Numbered from the stretch's first letter, positions 1 to 9,032 are shown. The stretch: DNA of 64,000 nucleotides from an uncultured Gammaproteobacteria bacterium (GCA_964449675.1 CAYVAR010000001.1:44877-108876); one strand, 5' to 3'. Numbers and translations are program-made. The notes: generated by a model not told the origin, from the letters alone.

Positions 1-322
1 TGAGCTTGCCGCAACGTGTATGAAGGCAGGAGCAAAACGGTTTGGGCAAGTTCCTACTCAAGAGTTATCTCAGGGAGAAGCAGTTGCGCCACTTCCTGCT
101 ATCGGTAAACAACCGCAAAAAGTGCAGGATGCTCCTCTATCTGACAAAACAGCGCAGGGCGCCTCACAAGAGGATATTATGACAGGAAATCCTCCGCAAA
201 GCGTATCAGCAGCGTCAATGTCTCCTTCTCAAGGGCGAGGGCAAGCCCATTCGGCAGGTTCAGGGCAGGCTCCGGCAGATTGGCTGAAGCCCAAAATCTT
301 CAAAAGCTCGAATTTGCTATAA
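1..322 (+). CDS. Partial CDS (C-terminal end) for a low-complexity Gln/Ala/Ser/Pro-rich hypothetical protein. The gene continues upstream of the window.
   Basis: The reading frame is open from position 1 with no stop, and the listed ORF 20..322 lies in that frame. No recognisable domain. Confidence 0.3.
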   Translation, partial: ELAATCMKAGAKRFGQVPTQELSQGEAVAPLPAIGKQPQKVQDAPLSDKTAQGASQEDIMTGNPPQSVSAASMSPSQGRGQAHSAGSGQAPADWLKPKIFKSSNLL

Positions 323-485
323 TGAATGATAGCAGTATATCTATATTTAGAAGTTGAAAAAATCGAAGAAAGGAATCCAAAAGATAATAATGAATACTCG
401 CCAGTATAGTATCACTCCCATTATTGCAATCACCATTATGGCGAGGTGATAGTTTGGGAGAAAAAGGTCACGTACATGTTAATAC

Positions 486-511
486 CCTCCCAAACTTTGG
501 GAGGTTTTTTT
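486..511 (+). terminator. Rho-independent terminator-like hairpin followed by a T-run.
   Basis: The sequence is CCTCCCAAA-(C)-TTTGGGAGG followed by TTTTTTT, about 160 nt downstream of the first ORF. Confidence 0.45.
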
Positions 512-632
512 ATGGAGAGCATATGAGCGAACTCTTTCCGAAACCAGCTAATAATCTCTAAAAACTCTTTCTAAGCAAAGAGTCACTAGCCCAAGTTCGT
601 AGAATTTCAGATTAACTTTAAATTTAAACATT

Positions 633-1082
633 ATGATACCTGAATGGTTAACTCCATCAACGCATGAGCAAAAAGCATCGTGTTTTGAGCAAAAGATGGG
701 AAACTTAAAGTGGCAACACGCGTTTCCGCTAACAAGTGAAGGGGAATTCCTAGAGGTTGCACAGGAGAGAGTATTAGATTTAGGTAACATAGAGAAAATA
801 ATTTATTGGGCAGATAAAAAAGAGGAAAGAGGACTTGGAAATTTAGCTCGACTGGCCGGAAACCTTGCTGACAGAGAATCAGCATTTAGAGTGAGAGTTG
901 CAGTAATACTTACCGCAAGTGATAAACCATTGATTGTTGAATTAATTCCGCAAATCACTGCCACAGTACTTTCTTGTGGAGGAACTCCCGGCGAACATTC
1001 TCTTGGATATCAACCACTTAAAGAAGGAGAGGGCATCCCAGGTTACTGGTATAGTCAAGGTACACACACTTTTGAATCTTGA
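633..1082 (+). CDS. Hypothetical protein of 149 aa. The ORF overlaps the long upstream extension of the azlC frame, and whether it is really coding is uncertain.
   Basis: Listed six-frame ORF with ordinary amino-acid composition. I recognise no motif. Confidence 0.3.
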   Translation: MIPEWLTPSTHEQKASCFEQKMGNLKWQHAFPLTSEGEFLEVAQERVLDLGNIEKIIYWADKKEERGLGNLARLAGNLADRESAFRVRVAVILTASDKPLIVELIPQITATVLSCGGTPGEHSLGYQPLKEGEGIPGYWYSQGTHTFES

Positions 1083-1089
1083 AGACCCT

Positions 1090-1824
1090 ATGGCAAAAGA
1101 AGTAAGACTGACAGATGACATTTCGAACAAAAAACACTTCCGTAATGGTGTGCACGCAAGTTTGCCCATTGTATTAGGATACATTGCTATCGGACTTGTG
1201 GTTGGTGTAGTTGCAAAAACAGCTGGTTTGACCGTCCTTGAAGTTTCTCTCATGTCTCTCCTCCTTTATGCCGGTTCTGCCCAACTGATTGTATCAAGCC
1301 TCATCGGAGTGGGCGCATCCGCGCCATCTATAGTTTTTACTATCTTTCTCGTGAACATGCGACATCTTCTCTACAGCGCATCTCTAGCACCTCATATTCG
1401 CACATTACCACTCTGGCAGAATATTCTTATTGGGCTGGAACTCACCGATGAGACATTCGCTGTCGCGGCAAATCATCTCGCAGGGAATCGCCGTGCACAC
1501 GCAGCCTGGTTATTCGGTCTCAATCTGACGGCGCACGCCACATGGATTGCATCCACAACCATTGGCGCGATCGCCGGACGTGCCATTCCCAACACGCATG
1601 CTCTCGGTCTCGATTTTGCGCTTACTGCGATGTTTGCAGCGCTCTTTGTTCTCCAGATTGCCAGTAGTTCACAGATGCGTGTGGCGATTACTGTGGGTCT
1701 AGTAAGTGCAGTCGTTGCTGTTGGTGGCACCTTATTTGTGTCATCAAGTTGGGCTATTATTGTAGCCGCTGTGATGGCGGCTAGCGTTGGAGTGTTGATT
1801 GAAAGGAAGTTACAATGGATATAA
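1090..1824 (+). CDS. azlC: AzlC family branched-chain amino acid transporter.
   Basis: Polytopic membrane protein carrying the LLLYAGSAQL motif typical of AzlC. The start is chosen at MAKEV (1090), in frame within ORF 976..1824. An AzlD homologue follows immediately. Confidence 0.7.
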   Translation: MAKEVRLTDDISNKKHFRNGVHASLPIVLGYIAIGLVVGVVAKTAGLTVLEVSLMSLLLYAGSAQLIVSSLIGVGASAPSIVFTIFLVNMRHLLYSASLAPHIRTLPLWQNILIGLELTDETFAVAANHLAGNRRAHAAWLFGLNLTAHATWIASTTIGAIAGRAIPNTHALGLDFALTAMFAALFVLQIASSSQMRVAITVGLVSAVVAVGGTLFVSSSWAIIVAAVMAASVGVLIERKLQWI

Positions 1825-2144
1825 GAGCATCGATATTTTGGATTATAGTCGGAACAGGCATGGTTACGATAATCCCACGAGTTTTGCCTTTGGTACTCCT
1901 TAGTCGCATCAGTTTGCCCGAATGGATGAATCGCTGGCTCGGATATGTGACAGTAGCGGTACTTGCCGCACTTTTCACACAGTCAGTGATACTATTAGAA
2001 GGACAAATCGCACTTTCTCCAAAAACCCTAGCTCTACTAGCAGTTATTCCAACACTATTGGTGGCGATAAAGACTCGCAATCTCATCATGACGGTCGTGG
2101 GCGGTATGATTACCATGGCACTTTTACGCTTGGTGATGCTTTAG
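1815..2144 (+). CDS. azlD: AzlD family branched-chain amino acid transport protein.
   Basis: Hydrophobic 109-aa protein with 3-4 transmembrane segments. It overlaps the azlC stop codon, the classic azlCD arrangement. Confidence 0.65.
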   Translation: MDIRASIFWIIVGTGMVTIIPRVLPLVLLSRISLPEWMNRWLGYVTVAVLAALFTQSVILLEGQIALSPKTLALLAVIPTLLVAIKTRNLIMTVVGGMITMALLRLVML

Positions 2145-2175
2145 GTTTAGTTTTCAAAGGCATTATTTTTTTCTC

Positions 2176-2205
2176 TTGACATACACACTACACAGTGTGT
2201 ATAGT
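2176..2205 (+). promoter_or_regulatory. Putative sigma70-type promoter, TTGACA ... TATAGT, with an internal palindrome that may be the vapB operator.
   Basis: TTGACA begins at 2176. The palindrome TACACACT-acac-AGTGTGTA sits between the -35 and the TATAGT, just upstream of the vapB ATG at 2213. Confidence 0.35.
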
Positions 2206-2212
2206 ACGGCTA

Positions 2213-2460
2213 CTATGTTAACTAGAGTGCAGGTGCTTATTCCAAACGATCTTCTCCAGGCGGCCAGGCTGGCCGCTGCAAGCCATGACTTGAGCTTTTC
2301 TAAGTTCGTGACGAAGTCCCTGGAAGAAAAAGTACAGCCTGAAAAGAAAGAGTCTGTCTATATAGCTTTTAAAAAACTTGCAAAGATCATTGGAAAGAAA
2401 AAAGTCAAACTTCCCCCTGATTTTGCTACAAATGATGATTATCTCTACCGATTGCCATGA
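2213..2460 (+). CDS. vapB: Ribbon-helix-helix (CopG/VapB-like) antitoxin.
   Basis: The N-terminus LTRVQVLIPNDLLQAARLAAASHDLSFSKFV has an RHH-like pattern. The stop overlaps the start of the downstream PIN gene by ATGA. The ATG start is internal to ORF 2176..2460. Confidence 0.6.
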
Positions 2461-2855
2461 TCTTTGTAGATTCTGATGCGCTCATTGGTGTTATCGCTCC
2501 TCAAGACGCTCATCACCCGCGCGCAACCCTCGCCTTTGATCGTTTTGCTAAGACCGACGAGCAACTGGTAACGAGTTGGGAAACGATTGACGAAGTAGCA
2601 ACGAAACTCAGTAGGTATTTCGGGAAAGATATCGCAAGAGTGTTTTTCTCATTTCTTCACCGAACACAGATTACCATCATTTACGTTGACGAGGTGCTTG
2701 CCCAGGTTACGACGGTGATATTTGACAAGCAAACGTCCAAAAACATTTCGCTTACGGATTGCGCCAACATTGCCATCTGCCGATCTTTGGGTATTACGTG
2801 GGTCTTTTCTTTTGATCCGCATTACAAGAAGAATGGGTTAAAACTGCTTTCATAA
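2457..2855 (+). CDS. vapC: PIN-domain ribonuclease toxin VapC.
   Basis: Begins MIFVDSDALIGV with the acidic PIN residues, is 132 aa long, and is translationally coupled to the upstream RHH gene. Confidence 0.8.
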   Translation: MIFVDSDALIGVIAPQDAHHPRATLAFDRFAKTDEQLVTSWETIDEVATKLSRYFGKDIARVFFSFLHRTQITIIYVDEVLAQVTTVIFDKQTSKNISLTDCANIAICRSLGITWVFSFDPHYKKNGLKLLS

Positions 2856-2946
2856 GCACCACCCATTGTTTTTTGGAGTGAGAACGGGTATAATAGAGTT
2901 TATTGGAGCGGGATGAAGCTCCTTTTTATAATTCTACTACCTGGGT

Positions 2947-3327
2947 ATGCCGGCAACGAAAAAAACTGTAAAAACAAAAAAAGAAGCGAAAAAAGTATCG
3001 CCAAAAGTTAGTCTAAAAAAATCTTCTGGAAAAAAGATTAAAAAAGAGGAGCCAGTGGTACCGGCACCGAGCGAAGAAAAGCAGGTAATTATTGCTCAAT
3101 TTCAGGTGAAACAGGGTGATACCGGTAGTCCCGAAGTACAAGTAGCGCTTCTAACCAAACGCATCGAAAAACTCGTTATGCATTTAAAAACCAATCCATC
3201 AGACAACCATTCTCGCCGGGGACTTTTGGGGATTGTCAGTAAAAGGCGTAGACTTCTAAACTACCTAGAAAAAAAAGACGGAAAACGCTACAAGGAAGTA
3301 GCAGTGAAACTAGGACTCGGCAAGTGA
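2947..3327 (+). CDS. rpsO: 30S ribosomal protein S15 with a Lys-rich N-terminal extension of about 40 aa.
   Basis: [20 protein letters not shown] ... [20 protein letters not shown] matches the conserved S15 core. The gene lies upstream of pnp, the conserved rpsO-pnp order. Confidence 0.85.
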   Translation: MPATKKTVKTKKEAKKVSPKVSLKKSSGKKIKKEEPVVPAPSEEKQVIIAQFQVKQGDTGSPEVQVALLTKRIEKLVMHLKTNPSDNHSRRGLLGIVSKRRRLLNYLEKKDGKRYKEVAVKLGLGK

Positions 3328-3348
3328 GACACTAGATGATAGAATAAA

Positions 3349-3451
3349 GATGATAGTGGTAGATGATAGAAGGTGGAAGATAAAAAAGAGCTATTATCAA
3401 TCGTCGATCTTCTATCCTCGACCACTATCTTCAACATTCAACCTTCTATCG
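3349..3451 (+). promoter_or_regulatory. Long imperfect stem-loop in the rpsO-pnp intergenic leader; it may be a pnp autoregulatory or processing hairpin.
   Basis: Nested complementary arms pair GATAGTGGT (3353-3361) with ACCACTATC (3421-3429) and GATAGAAG (3365-3372) with CTTCTATC (3409-3416). GATGATAG units are repeated within the element. Confidence 0.4.
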
Positions 3452-3463
3452 TTTATTAATTGC

Positions 3464-5629
3464 ATGAAAATTGTAAAAAAATCACTTGAACTAAATGGAA
3501 AACCATTGACGCTTGAAGTTGGACGATTTGCCCAGCAGGCAAGCGCTGCTGTGCTTGCCCAGCATGGTGACACAATGGTACTTGCAACGGTTACTGCGTC
3601 AAGTCGCGAAACGACGCTTGATTATTTTCCTCTTTCCGTCGAGTATGTCGAGCGTTTGTACGCAGGGGGACGCATCAAGGGATCCCGGTGGGTCAAGCGC
3701 GAAGGGAGGCCTTCAGATGATGCAGTCCTTGCGGGCCGCATAATCGACCGATCGATACGCCCGCTTTTCCCAAAAACGTATAAGCACGATGTACAGGTTA
3801 TTATTACGGTCTTATCTGTAGACGGTGAAAATGATCCTGATGTATTAGGGTTGGTTGCAACAAGCGCCGCAATAGCTATTTCTCCGATTCCATGGAGTGG
3901 TCCGATCGGAGGCGTTCGTGTGGGATATGTCAAAGATAACGGCAGAAGCGAATTTCTCATAAATCCAACAGTCACGGAACAAGGATTATCTGAATTTGAT
4001 TTTGTCGTCGCAAGTTCAAAAGGAAAAACAGTCATGCTTGAAGGAGGATTTTGTGAAACTCCGGAAGATGTAGTTTATACCGCTGTCCAAAAAGCAAAAG
4101 AAGCAAACGCGAAGATCATTTCATGCATCGAAGATCTTGTCAAAACAGTCGGAAATACGAAGCTTCCCACACCTGTAGCTAGTGCGGCAGACGAACTAAA
4201 AGCCAAGATAATGAAGGATTATAAAAAAGAGATGGACGAGGCTTTTGCCAAAAAAGCCCAAAAGGAATTTGGCGGAGAAGAGATAGGAGAACTTGCCAAA
4301 ACAATCCAAGAAGCGTACGCAAATGAGTACACCCTTAAAGCCATAGAAGATGCCCTGGACACACTCTTTAAAAAACGCGTGAAAGAAGATGTTTTGACCA
4401 AAGGCAAACGATTTGACGGACGAAGTTTAGATGAAATTCGACCGCTTGATGTTGCCGTTGGCATACTTCCTCGTACGCACGGTAGCGCTATGTTTACGCG
4501 TGGACAAACCCAGGCTTTGACCGTTGCAACCCTAGGAACACCAAGCTTAGAACAACTTATAGAAAGCCCAGTTGGAGAAGAATCAAAACGGTATATTCAT
4601 CACTACAGTATGCCGCCCTATTCTGTCGGAGAAACAGGACGCATCGGTACACCATCCAGGCGTGAGATAGGGCATGGTGCTTTGGCTGAGCGCGCACTTT
4701 TATCTGTCATCCCATCAGAAGAAGATTTTCCGTATACCATTCGTTTAGTGAGCGAGATTATGTCCAGTAACGGCTCCACTTCTATGGCTAGTACGTGTGG
4801 ATCGACCCTTGCGCTTATGGACGCTGGAGTACCGATAAAAGAACCAGTCGCTGGTATCTCCATAGGGCTTATGACTGACAAGAAAAAGTTTGTGCTTCTT
4901 ACTGATATCATGGGGATAGAGGATTTCGCGGGCGATATGGACTTTAAAGTGGCTGGAACAAAAAACGGCATTACAGCCATACAGCTCGATATTAAAATCG
5001 ACGGACTGACGGATGAGATAGTTGAACAAACATTGGGTAAGGCAAAAATTGCGCGGATGAAGATACTGGAAAAAATGCTTTCAGTTATCAGTACCCCCCG
5101 TAAAAAACTTTCTCAATACGCGCCAAATGTCAAAGTAGTCAAAATCCCTACGGACAAAATCGGAGAAGTCATTGGTCCGGGTGGGCGAGTTATACGGCAA
5201 ATTATCGCCGTTACCACTGCAACCGTTGATGTCAATGACGATGGATCGGTCGTTATATCGGGAAGTGCTGATGCCGTCGCAAAGGCTGTCGAGTGGGTTG
5301 AAGGGTTGACCAAAGAAGTGCAACCAGATGAAGAATACGAAGGCGAAGTCAAGCGCATACTACCGTTTGGTGCATTTGTCGAAATTCTTCCCGGGAAAGA
5401 AGGCATGGTGCATGTGTCCCAAATGTCTACGAGTTACGTCAACGATCCCAACGATGTCGTAAAGCTTGGTCAAAAAGTGAAGGTTCGGGTAATGGAAATA
5501 GACGATCAACACAGGGTCAATCTCTCAATGCTTTTTGGCGAGGATGCAAAAAAAGCGCCGGTGCGAGAACGTCGAGATTCTTCAGATCGCCCACGGAGAT
5601 CTTTTGATAGAAATAGAAAGAGATATTAA
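3464..5629 (+). CDS. pnp: Polynucleotide phosphorylase (PNPase).
   Basis: Two RNase PH domains, a KH domain and an S1 domain are recognisable, including FTRGQTQAL, the GIEDF-AGDMDFKVAG motif and the KH GPGG motif. The ATG at 3464 is in frame within ORF 3350..5629. Confidence 0.95.
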   Translation: MKIVKKSLELNGKPLTLEVGRFAQQASAAVLAQHGDTMVLATVTASSRETTLDYFPLSVEYVERLYAGGRIKGSRWVKREGRPSDDAVLAGRIIDRSIRPLFPKTYKHDVQVIITVLSVDGENDPDVLGLVATSAAIAISPIPWSGPIGGVRVGYVKDNGRSEFLINPTVTEQGLSEFDFVVASSKGKTVMLEGGFCETPEDVVYTAVQKAKEANAKIISCIEDLVKTVGNTKLPTPVASAADELKAKIMKDYKKEMDEAFAKKAQKEFGGEEIGELAKTIQEAYANEYTLKAIEDALDTLFKKRVKEDVLTKGKRFDGRSLDEIRPLDVAVGILPRTHGSAMFTRGQTQALTVATLGTPSLEQLIESPVGEESKRYIHHYSMPPYSVGETGRIGTPSRREIGHGALAERALLSVIPSEEDFPYTIRLVSEIMSSNGSTSMASTCGSTLALMDAGVPIKEPVAGISIGLMTDKKKFVLLTDIMGIEDFAGDMDFKVAGTKNGITAIQLDIKIDGLTDEIVEQTLGKAKIARMKILEKMLSVISTPRKKLSQYAPNVKVVKIPTDKIGEVIGPGGRVIRQIIAVTTATVDVNDDGSVVISGSADAVAKAVEWVEGLTKEVQPDEEYEGEVKRILPFGAFVEILPGKEGMVHVSQMSTSYVNDPNDVVKLGQKVKVRVMEIDDQHRVNLSMLFGEDAKKAPVRERRDSSDRPRRSFDRNRKRY

Positions 5630-6010
5630 ATATTCGTCATCCCGACCGAAGCGGAGGGATCTTTTTTTAAATGCCTGCAAAGAAACAGTATTACGTTTAT
5701 ATCTTACGTAGCAAATAGGGAGTATTGTACATCGGCATTACAGATAACCTCGTAAAGAGAATCTGGCAACACAAACAGAAATTTGTAAAAGGATTTACTC
5801 AGAAATATAACATTGACCAACTCCTCTACTACGAAATTTTTCAAGATCCACTCACCGCTATTGCTAGAGAAAAACAGATTAAGAAGTGGAGTCGAAAGAA
5901 AAAAGTACTATTAATAATAACTACAAATCCGACATTTCGGGAAATTTTCATTGAAGACATACATTAATAAGTGAGATTCCTCGACTTCGCTCGGAATGAC
6001 AATTAGTATA
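5630..6010. mobile_element. Putative small mobile element: a GIY-YIG nuclease gene bounded by ~28-bp terminal inverted repeats.
   Basis: The left end TTCGTCATCCCGACCGAAGCGGAGGGATC (5632-5660) and the reverse complement of the right end GATTCCTCGACTTCGCTCGGAATGACAA (5978-6005) match at about 22 of 28 positions. Related ORF-less copies occur at 61036-61150 and 63655-63775. Confidence 0.45.
5671..5967 (+). pseudogene. GIY-YIG nuclease family protein (UPF0213/YhbQ-like) interrupted by an in-frame TAG codon.
   Basis: The frame reads MPAKKQYYVYILRSK-TAG(5716-5718)-GVLYIGITDNLVKRIWQH..., so the canonical YVYIL ... LYIG ... GIY-YIG N-terminus is split by a single in-frame amber. The listed ORF 5725..5967 is only the portion after the stop. 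Confidence 0.5.
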
Positions 6011-6023
6011 AGATAGAAGAAGT

Positions 6024-7139
6024 ATGTCAAAACTTACAGATGAAGTTGAAAGTCTTCGAAAAAAACTTACTGAGGTGAAGGTTCCCAAAGAATTAGTCAA
6101 TCGAGTAGAGGGAAATTTAGACGAATTACTCCGGATTGAACACGACATTACCGCACGAGCTCATGTGGAACAGATATTGCGGTATGCAGAGTGGGTGATT
6201 GATCTGCCTTGGAATGTGCGGACGAACGATGTTTTAGATCTGGTGAAAGCACAAGAGATACTCAATAAACATCATTATGGACTTGAACCGGTAAAAGAAA
6301 GAATTTTGGAATACTTAGCAATATTAAAGCTTAATATCGACAAATGGAAAAAAGAGTCAGATGTGAACGTCGCCAGTCGAACTGCGCAGATTGCCAATGA
6401 TGCCAAACTTTCTCACGCAATTTTAGCGCGAAGAGCGCCAATATTATGTCTTGTCGGACTTGTGGGTACTGGAAAGACAACGCTTGCAAAATCGATTGCT
6501 GAGGCGATGGGACGCAGATTTGTGCGTATTCCTTTTGGTGGCATGGCAGATGCCTTGGATCTACGCGGACAGTCACGAGTGCGGCCGGATGCGGAAATCG
6601 GACTTATTCTCAAAGGGCTTCGCTTTGCGGGAAGTAAAAACCCGGTCATCCTTCTTGATGAAATCGATCGTGTCGCAGAACAGGCCAGGGGAGACATAAT
6701 GGGAGTTTTAGTCGAGCTTCTCGATCCCGAACAAAATGCTGCGTTTACTGATCACTATTTGGATTATCCGTTTGATTTATCAGAGGTACTTTTTATCGCA
6801 ACAGCCAATAATACGACAAATATCGCAACAGCCGTCCTTGACAGGCTAGAACCGATCCAAATGCCGTCATATACAGACGAGGAAAAAACAAAAATTGCCC
6901 GGGATTATGTGTTGCCGCAACTTATGAAAGAATCGGGACTCACGAGCGAAAATTTAACCATCGATGCGTCAATTTGGCCAAGGCTTGTTCGTCCGCTCGG
7001 TTACGATGCAGGCATCAGAAGTTTGGAGCGCACGATGAATAGTTTATGCCGTAAGGTAGCCCGGATGATCGTTGACGGCAAAGGAAAAAGCTTCCACGTG
7101 ACGAGTGATAATATAAAAGATTTTATTGATATTTATTAA
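6024..7139 (+). CDS. Lon-like AAA+ ATPase comprising only the helical region and AAA+ module. Both the N-terminal LAN domain and the C-terminal S16 protease domain are absent.
   Basis: The sequence aligns with the Lon middle region: HHYGLEPVKERILEYLAILK matches the Lon DHYGLERVKDRILEYLAV, and Walker A GLVGTGKTT, Walker B ILLDEID, sensor-1 ATAN and arginine-finger LDR are all present. It ends at 7139, 54 bp before rnj, leaving no room for a protease domain. Confidence 0.75.
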   Translation: MSKLTDEVESLRKKLTEVKVPKELVNRVEGNLDELLRIEHDITARAHVEQILRYAEWVIDLPWNVRTNDVLDLVKAQEILNKHHYGLEPVKERILEYLAILKLNIDKWKKESDVNVASRTAQIANDAKLSHAILARRAPILCLVGLVGTGKTTLAKSIAEAMGRRFVRIPFGGMADALDLRGQSRVRPDAEIGLILKGLRFAGSKNPVILLDEIDRVAEQARGDIMGVLVELLDPEQNAAFTDHYLDYPFDLSEVLFIATANNTTNIATAVLDRLEPIQMPSYTDEEKTKIARDYVLPQLMKESGLTSENLTIDASIWPRLVRPLGYDAGIRSLERTMNSLCRKVARMIVDGKGKSFHVTSDNIKDFIDIY

Positions 7140-7192
7140 TACAAATCAAAACTCAAAGGTCAAATGTCAAAACTTTACAATACACAATAATT

Positions 7193-8923
7193 ATGAGATT
7201 TTGGCAAAAATTTAAAAAACAACCAGTGTATCACGGCTCTTCCTCAACCGGTAAAGATACAGTTCGAATTATCCCATTAGGAGGTATAGGAAATGTTACG
7301 AAAAACATGTTTGTCTATGAGTATCGTTATGATGGCAAACTTCGAGATATTTTGATTGTCGATTGCGGCATAGGGTTTCCGGATCCTGAGATGTTTGGAG
7401 TTGATTTAGTCATTCCTGATGTGCGCTATCTTGAAGCAAAAAAAGACCTCATTCGGGGACTCGTATTTACTCACGGACACGACGATCATATCGGAGGTAT
7501 CCCGTATCTTTATAAAAAGTTGGGGAATATACCGATGTGGGGGACTACGCTTACTGCTGCTTTTGCCAATATTAAACTTCGAGAAATCCGATCAACGAAC
7601 AAAGTGACACCAGTGACCTTTGACAAGGTTCTCACGATTGGTCCATTTCGTGTAACATTTGTGCACGTAACTCATTCAGTTCCTGATGCAGCAAACCTCA
7701 TCATTGAAACACCAATAGGAACGTTTTATCACGGAAGCGATTTTAAATTTGACTTTAGTCCGCTGGACGGAAAACTTTCTGAGCTTCACAAAATAACAGA
7801 TGCTGGAAGGCGTGGTGTATTATGTCTTTTGACTGACTCTTTAGGGAGCGAACGGCCTGGGTTTACCCCGTCTGAACAGCGTATTCGTGAAACTATCGAA
7901 CGGGAGATAGAACTTTGTCCCGGTAAACTTCTTTTTACGACCCAATCAAGCAATATTTCACGTATTCAACTTGCTATTGAAATTGCCATTGCTCATGGCA
8001 GACAGATAGCATTTTTGGGTCGAAGCATCGATCAAAATGTCGAAGAGGCAGTCAAGCTCGGCTACATGAAGTTTCGCCGCGAGGCCCTTATCAGCGATCG
8101 AGATTTAAAGCGCTTACCATCGGTCAAACAATTTCTTGTGGTTGCCGGTAGTCAAGGGCAATCGGACTCCGCGCTTTCAAGGATTGCCAATGATAGTCAT
8201 AAATATGTGAGGCTTGTGGAAGGAGATACCGTTGTTTTTTCTGCAGACCCCATACCCGGTCACGAAAATGACGTCAACCGCTTGATTGACCAAATTTACC
8301 GCAAAGGAGCGAGAGTATCCTACTCCGATATCATGGAGGATTTACATGTATCCGGACACGGTAGTCAAGGAGACATGATGCTTATGCTCTCTGCCTTAGG
8401 TCCACGCTATATTTTTCCCATCGGAGGAACCTATAAGCATATGATGCAGTACCGCAGGCTTGCGATGGAGCTCGGGTACAAAAAAAGCGAAATCCTCATT
8501 CCTGAGGATGGACAAGTATTAGAATTTTCTGCTGTAGGTGAGCCAAAGGTGGTCGAAACGATAGAGCTTGAAAATGTGATGATCGATGGCCTAGGAATCG
8601 GCGATGTGGGAAATGTCGTCCTTCGCGATCGGCAAACAATTGCTAAAGAAGGTATCGTTGTCATTGTAGTACCTATAGAAGAATCAACTGGCCGAGTTAC
8701 AGCTGAGCCAGATATTATTTCCCGGGGATTTGTCTACATGAAGGCATCTGGCAGACTCGTTGATCAAGCGAAGCAATTAGTGACGAGGTCGCTTCGACTC
8801 AAAAAGGGGCGCATGATCGATTGGCATTTTGCGAGAAAGCAGGTAGAAGAGAATGTTGGTGTCTTTCTGCGTCGCGAAACCGGCCGCAGCCCCCTCATCG
8901 TTCCTGTAATCGTAGAGGTATGA
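7193..8923 (+). CDS. rnj: Ribonuclease J (metallo-beta-lactamase / beta-CASP family).
   Basis: Contains the THGHDDHIGG motif and the beta-CASP and C-terminal domains. Its length of 576 aa is typical for RNase J. Confidence 0.9.
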   Translation: MRFWQKFKKQPVYHGSSSTGKDTVRIIPLGGIGNVTKNMFVYEYRYDGKLRDILIVDCGIGFPDPEMFGVDLVIPDVRYLEAKKDLIRGLVFTHGHDDHIGGIPYLYKKLGNIPMWGTTLTAAFANIKLREIRSTNKVTPVTFDKVLTIGPFRVTFVHVTHSVPDAANLIIETPIGTFYHGSDFKFDFSPLDGKLSELHKITDAGRRGVLCLLTDSLGSERPGFTPSEQRIRETIEREIELCPGKLLFTTQSSNISRIQLAIEIAIAHGRQIAFLGRSIDQNVEEAVKLGYMKFRREALISDRDLKRLPSVKQFLVVAGSQGQSDSALSRIANDSHKYVRLVEGDTVVFSADPIPGHENDVNRLIDQIYRKGARVSYSDIMEDLHVSGHGSQGDMMLMLSALGPRYIFPIGGTYKHMMQYRRLAMELGYKKSEILIPEDGQVLEFSAVGEPKVVETIELENVMIDGLGIGDVGNVVLRDRQTIAKEGIVVIVVPIEESTGRVTAEPDIISRGFVYMKASGRLVDQAKQLVTRSLRLKKGRMIDWHFARKQVEENVGVFLRRETGRSPLIVPVIVEV

Positions 8924-9032
8924 TACCTATTTAATAGTTATATACGAGCAAAATATTATAGGTCTTGAAAAATATAAACAAAAATGGTATATTATAATTG
9001 TTTAATAAATAGTTAAAAGACAACAACGCCTT

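Noticed and set aside
3622-4035. Antisense and overlapping ORFs inside pnp, rpoB, rpoC, ftsK, leuS and alaS (e.g. 3622-4035, 4618-4980, 46009-46410, 46804-47274, 47841-48131).
   Set aside because: They lie entirely within strongly supported conserved genes on the other strand or frame, have biased low-complexity composition, and lack start contexts.
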